DNA of 64,000 nt from Malacoraja senta. Taxonomy: Eukaryota. How positions within the stretch are numbered: the stretch's first letter is position 1; every line of letters starts with the position of its first letter. Positions 36,801-48,800 of the stretch are shown here, one piece after another. The stretch lies in contig CM075992.1 in NCBI GenBank assembly GCA_038087875.1, positions 436,001 to 500,000 of the forward strand. The letters are read 5' to 3'. The notes beneath the pieces are model-generated. The model was not told the DNA's origin, searched no databases, and worked only from the letters and a program-made list of their open reading frames with translations. The translations under genes were made by a program, and so were the position numbers.

Positions 36801-39800
36801 TTTAATCTATTACATCAATTCTTATTTAAAAATAAATATAGATTTGCAGTTGGAAAAGACTTATTATAATGGAAATATTTCTCAATCATTTTTAGTCATT
36901 GCTATAGTCATCGTTTTATTGAAGACTGGAAGTGTGGAAGCTTTTATTATTTCCAACCTGCGAGGATATGATTAGAACTTAATAGGTTAAAAAACAGTTA
37001 ATCACCCGTAGAAGCGCAGGTGGATCAGATGTTTGCCTTGCTCAAGGAAAGGTGATTTTGTGTCAATTGCTGAATGCTGATTGAATTCCCCCTCTTCCCC
37101 CCCCCCCCCCCCCCCCCCAAGCGCTATGCAACTGCTCCCTCTACCTGCAGATTTTGAGCTTGGAAAAACGTAGTCATTGTCCCAATGCCTTGACCCAGTT
37201 GTGACAGTGCAAACTACCCACTACAGCAGTAATGTCTCCACAAAAATATAGGTCTTGGTTTGTAGCAGTCTCAGCTTCATTTGCTCAGTATTTGTTTCCA
37301 TTTATATTTCTAAAGATTACTTTGTAAGGTGACATAAAGGAAAATATTTTGATCAGCTTTCTCATTTTTTTTATTGATTAGCTTTCAATAGTTCAAAGTA
37401 TGTCTTGTACATTTGGACCCATGTGAAATAATGTCTTGAGGAGATGCAAGGAATTGCAGATAGACACAAAATGCTGGAGTAACTCAGCGGGACAGGCAGC
37501 ATCTCTAGAGAGAAGGAATGGGTCTGAAGAAGGGTCTTGACCCGAAACATCACCCATTCCTTCTCTCCAGAGATGCTGCCTGTCCCATTGAGTTACTCCA
37601 GCATTTTGTGTTTATCTTCGATTTAAACTAGCATCTGCAGTTCCTACCTAAACAAGGAATTGCAGACACTGGTTTAAAAGAAAAAGACAGTGCTGGTGTA
37701 ACAAAATGGGTCAGGCAGACTGAAGAAGGGTCCTGACACGAAACATCATCTATCCATGTTCTCCAGAGATGCTGCCTGACCCGCTGAGTTACTCCAGCAC
37801 TTTGTCTTTTTTTTTGGACAAAATGTCTTTATGCGAATTGTGTAATTGTTTTCTGTAATGCTGCTACTGAGATATCAGAGAGGAATAATAAATAAAATGA
37901 TGCCATCTCAAACCTTTAGCACGATTTATAAACTTGGTTAGTTAGTTGGTCTGACATAAAAATGGACAATGCTGGAGACCCTCAGCAAGTTTGGCTGCAT
38001 CTGTGGAAAGAGTTAACTTTTCAGACCAGAAATCCCAGCCCCATAACTAGGATAGAAAGGCAAGGGTCTTAGAAATGAAATGTTACTTTGATTTCTCTTT
38101 CTACACATGCTCTCTGACAATTTTTCCAGTATTTTCTGTTGTATTTCCAGTTTCCACCATCTGCAGTTTATTTTTTGTCCTGGTCTGAACTTGGGTGGTT
38201 TCTGGCATTATAGCCTGTGGTGTGGGTATCAAGCAGTTACAGGTATGTGGGATCTGGATGGGGAACACAGGAACATGTGGTGATCAAGCTGATTTACAAG
38301 ACTGTTCTAACTACACAAGCAATTCCCATCCAGATGTTGTCACTGGTAGGCTAAAAGGATAGTCAGTGAGTCCTATGTAATATAATTTGGCTTGATGTTT
38401 CTGTCTGTAATTGAAGATAACCCCTTAATCCTGTGTGCACTCTCATATGCTCATTTGTCTGCATCTTTTTGACCAGGGTCCTGAAAAGTCACGTTCACAA
38501 CTATTGATTCTGGACCGGGGTTATGACTGTGTATCCCCAATACTGCATGAGCTCACACTCCAGGCAATGGCCCACGACCTTCTGCCCATTGAGCAGGACA
38601 TATATTCGTAAGTTACCTTTTAAACTACCTTTTTGTGTTGGGAGCTGCTGCAACTTTCTTGGGACACATTCCATTGAAGGTTGTGAAAGAATCCCATTAT
38701 TATTAAGGATAACACTTTCAGGTAAAGGCCAATTTGAACAGTATAAAATGTTTGTTCGTTGTTTCCTTTGAGATCATTAGCTCTTCATTCTGAGTTTTTC
38801 TGCCTTTAGTTGATTTTAATATTCCATTTCTCAGTTCCTCGTGATTCAAGAGGGGAGAATGGAAACTTTAGTTTAGAGATACAGCAAAGAAACGGACCCC
38901 TTCATCCCACCATGTCCGAGCTGACCAATTATCACCCATACACCAGTTCTATGTTATCCCAGTTTTCCATTCGAGACACTAGGGGAATTTTACAGAAGCC
39001 AATTAATCTACAAGCTGGCACTTCTTTGGAACGTGGAAGGAATCCGGAACACCTGGAGAAAACCCATTTGGTCACAAGTAGAACATACAAACTTCATACA
39101 GACAGCGCCCATAGTCAGGATCGAACCTGGGTCTCTGGCGCTGTGAGGTAGCAACTCGACCACTGACCCACTGTGCCGAACCTAGAGATATTTTGTCGGG
39201 AATAAATTGCAATCTCAGCAACTTTCTGTCTTTGTAGTAAGCTGGGTACATGCTTGAACACTTTACTGCTTTATTCCTCAGGTATGATACTACAGGAGTG
39301 GCAGAGCAACGTGTGAAAGAAACCCTTCTCGACGAGGACGACGAGCTGTGGATGAAGCTGCGCCACTTGCACATTGCTGACGTCTCCAAGTATGTGCACT
39401 TGAATTGCAGCTAAGCTTCAAAAGCACTTTATTTGTTGTGATATAGTGAAGGATGCCTGTGGGGCTGGAGTGAACAATTCACTAATGGTTTGGAAAAATG
39501 TTGTGCATTCTGCTTCAGTTAGCACAGTTGCTGTTTTCCATGTGGTCAACATTTCCACACTGAAGTGCCATAATCTTTGCTCTGTTACATTCTCAGAAAA
39601 CTAGTAAAATATAAACACACATGCACACTTCTAGAATAAGAATAATAATTGCCGTCTACAAATATTGAACAACAACATTATTTTATCTAACCTTCCTGTG
39701 CTCATCCACTTAGTGTTGCTTGCCCCATGGAGAATAGTAAAGGAATTTAAAATTACAATTCATTGATTCTACATGTACACACATTAAAAAGCAAGTCTCC

Positions 39801-42800
39801 TTTGTGCCTTCCACATGGAGGGCTCCGATGACTTGATATGACGGACAAATTATACTCCAATTCCATTGTGTGAAAACTGCTTGGTAAATGACTACAGAAT
39901 ACTTGTGAAGCAGTATTGCTACTATGCTCTAGATTTGCTGTGAATCAAAGAGTTTCAACTCCAAGACAAAAGTGTCCATCATGGGCACTGATCTCATAGA
40001 AAATAGGCGCAGGAGTAGGCCATTTGGCCCTTTGAGCCAGCACCGCCATTCAATATGATCATGGCTGATCATCCAGAATCAGTACCCCGCTCCTGCTTTT
40101 TCCACAGATCCCTTGATTCCGTTAGCCCTAAGAGCTAAATCTAACTCTCTCTTGAAATCTCCCCATCATCTAAGGGGTCTACAGGAGTCACTGCCTCAAA
40201 AAGGCAGCCAGCATCGTCAGAGACCCACACCGTCCTCGACACACTCTCATTTCACTCATGCCATTGGTGAGAAGGTACAGGAACCTGAAAACTGTCACAG
40301 CCAAATTCAGGAGCAGCTTCTTCCCCACACCCATCAGGCCATTAAACATTACAACCTCCAAACTACATCGATTTGGGGATTTAGTTTTTGTTTTTGCACT
40401 ATTACTGTTTGTTATAAAATATTCTTGACTCTCCTTCCTTTCATACAGGCAGGTGACAGAGTTATTAAAGACATTCTGTGAAAGCAAAAGGATGACCACT
40501 GATAAGGTGAGCAGAAATTTTTTGAATGCTTATTCCACAGCATAATTTGTTACTCCAAATGAAGGTTAAATAAGTGAAGGGGATTGGACTCTTCATTGCA
40601 GAGCTAATTTTATACCTTGTCATGAGACTGATTATTTTTGTTGGAATGCCTAGGCACAGTGGAGACCTTGATCAAAGCACATAAAATTATGAGAGACATA
40701 AATAGGATAAGCAGTCAGAACCTTTTTCCCCAGGGTGGAAATGTCAAAGACTACAGGGCATAACTTTAAGGTGAGAAGCACAAAGTTTAAAGGAGATGTG
40801 CAGGGTAGCTTTTTGATACAGAGGGTGTAGATGGCTGGAACACACTGCCAGGGATGGTGGTGGAGGCAGGTATCTAAGGAGCTTTTAGGTGGGCACATGG
40901 ATATGCAGGGAATAAGGGTCTATGGATCACGTGCAGGCAATGAGATTAGTTTAGCTTGGCCGAAGGGACTCAAGGGCTTTTTCCTGGGCTATTCTCTTAT
41001 GGTCTATGTTTGATTAGTTGCTCCTTATTGATGTGGGGTTGTGATGCTAATCATCATTATCAGTGATTGGAGGTTAAGAATGTTGACATCTTGTACAGGA
41101 TTTGTTTACCACGGAAATTAAATGTGAAACATTAATGTACAAGAAGCAGATTTTGGGAGTTAAAGTTGGCTAATATTAAATTTGAACCCCAGTCCTTCAT
41201 TGCATCGCATCTCTGTCCAAAACTTCAATTAATGGTTCCAATTTAAAAAAAACTAATGGTCATTGAGGTCATTGAGGACCCAAGAAGCTGGTTCACAAGT
41301 GTTAAAGTCTATTCGTTGGATGTGGACAGTATAAATGAATATTAAATTTGGAGGTGCCCAGTGTAACTTCAGGCACACACATGCTAGTTTCATACTTTGA
41401 ACAGTTGATGTTGAAGTGAAACTGATGACAAAATCACTGATTTTTCTTTCAGGCAAATCTGCGGGATCTTTCTCAAATGCTGAAGAAAATGCCACAATAT
41501 CAGAAGGAGCTCAGTAAAGTACGTGCTCTGTTTCCCATCTGTCAGTCGGATGCAAGAATAAATGAGCAGACGTGTTTACAATGCAAGCTCTAGCAATCTG
41601 TTCCCACAGCTAAATACTGAATGGAACATTAACCCTTTTATAATTGCAGGATATATTGATGAGACCATATCTGAAGTACAGTGCAGAGTTTTGGTTATCT
41701 TATTTAAGAAAGGATATCCTGTGCTGCCATTAGATGCAGTCTGAAGGAGGTCCACTGGGCTAACGTAGTGAGAGGATTGTTATGCCGCCAGTTCCTGAGG
41801 AAATTTAGATCCGAATCTTTGGATTTGAGAAGGGTGATCTTATTCAACATACAAGATTCTTGTAGGACTTGGTGGTAGCTGTTTAGATGGTCCCACTATT
41901 GGAAGAATATCAAATTAAGGGGCATAATTACAAGATTGAGGGGTGGGGACGGTCTTATAAAAGTGTGCATCGGAACTTCTTGCGAAGGCCTCTTTAATTA
42001 TTTGATATTGCCATGGTTCTTGTAATAATACTTTTTTTCCCCTTCCAGTACTCAACACACTTGCATTTAGTTGAAGACTGTATGAAGCATTTCAAAGGCA
42101 CAGTTGAGAAGATGTGCAAAGTGGAGCAGGTCAGATCACTGGGAGCACGTACTAATGTAGTTGATAGTAATGGTCAACGGGCATTGGCCATTTTCTGTGA
42201 CGTGAATAATAAACTGGTCATTTTGATATGAGCCTGTCAAAGGTTCTGTTCTGATTGATTGAAAGATACAAGGTGGAAAATGGCCCTTCTCCCCACCTAG
42301 TCCTCGCTGACCATCAATCACCCATTCACACTAGTTCTATGTTATCCCACTTTCTCATCCACTACCTACACACTAGGGGCAATTTACAGAGGGCCAATTA
42401 GCCTCCAAAAAAACACACACGCACACACACACACACACACACACAACCCCCCCACCCCCACCCCACCTGAGGTCAGGATTGAACCGGGGTGGGTCTCTGG
42501 CGCTGTGAGGCTGTGCTGCCCGTAATTAGGGGTCTATTATAAACTGCTGTGTAAAATGAAATTTTCTTCATGGAACACATTAATAAATACATCTCTGCCC
42601 TACATGTAGGACCTTGCTATGGGAACTGACTCAGAGGGAGAGAAGATCAAAGATCCAATGAAAATAATCGTGCCGATTTTACTGGATACAAGTATCAAAT
42701 CCTATGACAAGATTAGAATCATCCTTTTGTATATCTTCCTCAAATCAGGTGTGGTATTTTTTCATTAAAATACTATTCAGTTCATCCATTGAGAATTACT

Positions 42801-45800
42801 TGGTGTACAAATGTTTTTACAAGGCAGATTAGGTGAGGCTATACTCAGCAGAGCCAGCATGAGAGTTCTTGTTGCTACAGCTTGGTGGCCAGAATGGAAA
42901 GCATGACCATCTTTTAAGTGGCACATCAATGTATCATCATTATGGGAGTTTATTCTAGTAAAGAATACTCAGCTACTGATTCAACTTGATGTGATAGATT
43001 TTCTGGAGTCTGATCACTCAGTCTGTTAAACATGGTGTAAACAGTGAAGTGTAGTAATACTAAGCTGCTCATTTCAGCCTCTGCCAAGTTTATCGATGTT
43101 GGCCAGGGTTCCCTTCACCTTCTAGGCCTTTCAGTTTGGCATTGCAAACTAAGGAGGAGAAAGTTATAAATGTAATTGCTTGTAAATATCTTAAGTGTAG
43201 ACTTCGATTGATCTGGTAACTTTTATTTTTAGATGTCCCAATATACTTTGCAACCACTGAAGCAGTTTTGAAATGCAGTTATTGCACATTATGTAGGAAA
43301 TACAACATCTAAATTCACACAGGAAGTTCACAAAGAGAAGGATGTCTCTTCATAGCAATGCTGATCTGAGCTATGGGGGGGAGGGGGGGGGGCGTAACCA
43401 TGTCTGAAGAAGTATCCTGACCCGTAACGTCACCTATTCCTTTTCTCCAGGGATGCTGTCTGACCCGCTGAGTGACTCCAGCATTTTTGTGTCTATCTCT
43501 GGTATAAACCAGCATCTACAGTTCCTTCCTACACGTCAAGAATGTGTCAATTGTCATTTGTACCGGCAACAGAACAATGAAATTCATACTTGCCACAGCT
43601 TCACGACCCATGAACAAAATAGCAGACAAATAAATATACAATCATCCATAATGCAATATATTAATAAGTAGTAATAGTAGGTAGCCATAATAGTGCCAAA
43701 CTAACGTGTGGTGCAACCAAAACAAAGTCCAGAATAGGTCCTAGACGCTGAGATAGGGTTATGGTTAATGTTGTGTAGTGTTCAAGAACCTGATGGTTGT
43801 TGAGAAGAAGCTGTTCTTGAACCTGGTTGTCACATTTTCAGGCCTAACCCAGAGAGTTAAGCAGCATCTGTGGAGGGCAACAGACGGAATGTTGTGGGTG
43901 GGGTCCCATCTTCACTCTGGTGGAGCAGAGAGAGGGGATAACATCTAGAAACCACCTATCCCGTCTCAACTCCATCTGCCCAAAGAATGGTCCCAATCCA
44001 AAACATTCCCTCTGTTTCCCTCCACAGATGCTGCCCGACCCGTTAAGTTCCTCCAAAACTTTATTTTAACTCAATATTCCAGCATCTGCGCAGTCTTGTC
44101 TCTCTCGTGACTCAGTTATCATTTCTGTATTTGAACCTGGTGGCCTTTGGTTTTTTTCAGGGATCACAGAGGAGAACCTCACCAAACTTATACAGCACGC
44201 AAACATCCAGGTTGACAGCAGCATCATCCAAAATGTTCAGAACCTAGGCACTACCATCATCACTGGGGTATGTAATACCTGGATAGACTACAGTTCAATT
44301 TTGCTTCTGGTCACTTTTGGTAACAATGCAACAATAGGTATTTTTGAACTAAATTCTTGTTTTGTTCAGTATGTTTTACAGGTATAATTCAGTGTATATT
44401 AACCTTATCAAATTGTAATGTTTTAAAATTATTTATGGTATATATCCATGTTAGACGTTTGGATAAGCATGTGGCTCTGCAGCGAATGGAAGAATATGGA
44501 TTTTGTTCAGTGTGATTGCCAGGACGTGGTGATGGAGGCAGATATGACAGTGGCCTTTAAGAGGCGTTTGTATGGGCACATGGACATGCAGGTATTGGAG
44601 GGATATAGATAATACACAGGCAGATAAGAGATGGTCCCGGCATCATGTTTGGCAGAGACGTTGTGGGCCGAAGGGCCTCTTCTTATGCTGCACTGTTCTC
44701 CGTTCTAATATCCTTTTCCATTTCATTTTAAGGGTGGATCACCCTCCAAGTCTAAACAAGACAGAAAACATCGAACAGAGTCAACTTACCAACTCTCCAG
44801 GTGGACACCAGCCATTAAAGACATTATGGAGGTTGGTGCTTACAGTACAAATCCAGTTTATGTGCTGCAGATTTGTGGATGGAAAGTGATGAGTATTTTC
44901 ATTGCAAAACATGCTTGTGCCATGCGTCACGGAAATACCTGGGATATATATCTTGTCTCTGAGATCTATAGGCAAACAGCAGTGCAAGCGCGAGTGTAAT
45001 GTGAATTCTCAGCACTGTTGGAGCTGTGAATGTTTTCAGTGTCAACAAATATGACGTCCCTCTTCATGGTATCTGCCTGCAGGATGTAGCCCACCCTGAA
45101 TAATTTAGCTTGTGTTGTACCAGAGACTGGGAACCCATCCAAATCTGTTACTTTGCAATGGTGTCGATATTTCTGCGTAACAGCTTGTGGTTTTCACAGG
45201 ATGCCACAGAAGAAAAGCTTTGCAAAAAGCAGTGGCCATTTGTCTCGGACCCCACTCCAACAACATCCACTCAGACAGCAGTGAGGTATGTGATCGAAGC
45301 CTACTCTAACCTATTTAGTTGAAAACCAAAGTCAGATGTGGGGTGTGTTGCACAGATTGAACAGGCGACATGGTGGCGCAGCGGTAGAGCTACTGCCACA
45401 CAGCGCCAAAGACCCGGGTTCAATCCTGACTACAGGTGCTTGTCTGTAGGGAGTGACCTGCGTGGGTTTTTTCTGAGATCTTTGGTTTCCTTCCACACTC
45501 CAAAGATGTACAGGTTTATAGATTAATTGGCTTGGTGTAACGTCAAATTGTCCCTAGTGTGTAGTGTAGTGTTAATGTGCGGGGATCGCTGGTCGGTGTG
45601 GACTCGGTGAGCCGAAGGGCCTGTTTTCACTCTGTATCTCTAAACTAAACCAGTAAATATCTTGTTTCTCTTTATTACAGGTGTTGTGTGAATCTATGTT
45701 ACATAGCAGTGAGACTAAATAAGTGGAGTGATATCACTGATAGACACAATGTTAGCTTAACTCAGCAGGTCAGGCAGCATCTGCGGAGAGAAAAAGACGG

Positions 45801-48800
45801 GTGATGTTTTGGGTCGGGACTCCAGGGATGCTGCATGACCCGCTGAGTTACTCTAGCACTTTGTGTCTATCTTTGGTATAAACCAGCAGCTGCAGTTCCA
45901 TTTTATTATATCTTTAAACTCTTCAGTTGTATCAAAATGCTTTGATGGGCAATAAGTGCTGACCACGCCAGCAATTCCCACAGCCAGAGTAAAGGCTTAA
46001 ATCTTGTATTAATGAAGATTAGATTCAAGTTCAAGTTCACATTTATAGTCACATGCACAAATTGGTACAGTGAGATTGTGTGCATGCGTAGAATAACCCG
46101 CTCCCAGTATTTATTAATACTGTGTTCATAATATCTGAGGAATCTTTAACTGAAGTGAACATTTCTTCCACCTTCCAGTGCCCGCTTTGGTCACTGGCAC
46201 AAGAGCAAGACTCCAACAGAGTACAGAAGTGGACCCCGACTCATTGTTTTTGTTATCGGAGGCATCGCCATGTCTGAGATGCGCTGCGCCTATGAAGTAA
46301 CAAAAGCCACCGATAACAAATGGGAGGTGTTGATTGGTAAGTGTCATTCTAGAGTCATACAGCATCAAAACAGGCCCTTCCACCCAACTTGTCCACGCCA
46401 ACCAACATGTACAGGTGTCAGGGGTTATGGGGAGAAGGCAGGAGAATAGGGTTAGGTGAGAGAGAGAGATAGATCAGCCACGATTGAATGGTGGAGTAGA
46501 CTTGATGGGCCGAAAATGGCCTAATTCTACTCCTATCACTTATGATCTTATGATGCCCCATCTACACTCATCCATCTACCTGCGTTTGGCCCATTTTCCT
46601 CTAAATCTATCCTATCCATGTACCTGTCTAAATGTTTCTTTAATGTTGTGATAGTAAAATATCTACGTGGGATCATCTATACTGGAAACACTTATAGAAT
46701 TTGTCCAAATATTGTAGACTTTGACCCATTCTATCCAAACGGGGTACGTCAAGGGTACACTATCAGCTGGCACATGAAATGGCAGCTGGGAATTGTGGTT
46801 TGAATTCACTCATAAAGGCAAGTCACCCATTTCAGTTCGTCCTGCTTTTCATATTCCTGTCAGAAATAGTTATCATAGAAAATAGGTGCAGGAGTCAGCG
46901 ATTCGGCCCTTCAAGGCATTCAATACAATCATGGCTGATCATCCAAAATCAGTATCCCGTTCCTGCTTTCTCCCCATATCCCGTGATTCCGTTAGCCCTA
47001 AGAGCTAAATCTAACTCCTCTTATCATTGTGAGTGGCAAAATATTCTTGCCATGTAAGTCACTCGCAAAGGAAAACAACCATCTAATTTGTGTACAGGAG
47101 GCTCTGAGAAGCACAGTCTGATACTGACCATCCACTTGCAACAAATGCTAAATACAAGGTAATAGTCAAAGTTTGAGGTAATATGTTCATAAGTGATAAG
47201 AACAGAATTTAAGTCAAGTCTACTCCCCCATTCAATCTTGCCTGATCCACCTTTCCCTCTCAAACCCATTCTCCCATAACCCCTAACACCCGTACTAATT
47301 AAGAATCTATCAATCTGTCTTAAAAATATCCATTGACTTGGCCTCCACAACCGTCTGTGGCAATGAATTCCTCTGTCACGGACCTGCCTGTGGGAATTTT
47401 GCCTGTGGCCTCCACAACCTCTTTTGTGGAAGGTGCGACCTGTACAAAAAGGATGGGTTGCACTTGAACCTGAGGGGGACCAATATCCTGGCGGGGAGAT
47501 TTGCAAAGGCTACTGGGGAGACTTTAAACTAGAACGGTTGGGGGGAGGGACTCAAATAGAGAAAGCTATTAGACAGTGTGTGAGGCAGGAGGCAGAGAAG
47601 GAAAGCACCCAGACCCAACATGTAGGGGGGAAAGAAGAAAACAATAATAAACAGAGAATAAGAGGTGGTGGGGTTCTTAAATGGGTGAGCAGAGAAACAG
47701 AGGGGTGTAAAATGCGGGCGGAAGCAATAGGTAGCAAGGTGAAAAGTAAAAGTGGCAGGCAGACAAATCCAGGGCAAAAATCAAAAACGGCCACTTTTCA
47801 ACATAATTGTAAAAGGGGTAAGAGCATTGTAAAAACAAGCCTGAAGGCTTTGTGTCTCAATGCAAGGAGCATTCGTAATAAGGTGGATGAGTTGAACGTG
47901 CAGATAGCTATTAATGATTATGATATAGTTGGGATCACGGAGACATGGCTCCAGGGTGACCAAGGCTGGGAGCTGAACATCCAGGGATATTCAATATTTA
48001 GGAGGGATAGAGAGAAAGGAAAAGGAGGTGGGGTAGCATTGCTGGTTAGAGAGGAGATTAACGCAGTGGAAAGGAAGGACATTAGCTTGGAGGATGTGGA
48101 ATCGGTAAGGGTAGAGCTGCGAAACACTAAGGGGCAGATAACACTAGTGGGAGTTGTGTACAGGCCACCTAACAGTAGTAGTGAAGTTGGGGATGGCATC
48201 AAACAGGAAATTAGAAATGCGTGCAACAAAGGCAAAACAGTTATAATGGGTGACTTCAATCTACATATAGATTGGGTGAATCAAATTGGCAGGGGTGCTG
48301 AGGAAGAGGATTTCTTGGAATGTATGTGGGATAGTTATCTAAACCAACATGTAGAGGAGCCAACGAGAGAGCAGGCTATTCTAGACTGGGTATTGAGTAA
48401 TGAGGAAGAGTTAGTTAGCAGTCTTGTTGTGCGTGCCCCCTTGGGCAAGAGTGACGATAATGTGGTTGAGTTCTTCATTAGGATGGAGAGTGACATTGTT
48501 AATTCAGAAACAATGGTTCTGAACTTAAAGAAAGGTAACTTTGAGGGTATGAGACGTGAATTGGCCAAGATTGACTGGCAATTAGTTCTAAAAGGGTTGA
48601 CGGTGGATATGCAATGGAAGGCATTTAAAGACTGCATGGATGAACTACAAAAATTGTTCATCACAGTTTGGCAAAAGAATAAATCAGGGAAGGTAGTGCA
48701 TCCGTGGATAACAAGGGAAATCAGGGATAGTATCAAAGCAAAAGATGATGCGTACAAATTAGCCAGAAAAAGCAGCATACCAGAGGACTGGGAGAAATTC

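Noticed and set aside
40449..40452. Alternative acceptor CAG-GCAG at STXBP2 exon 11
   Set aside because: The downstream AG would shift the frame by 4 nt; there is no evidence it is used
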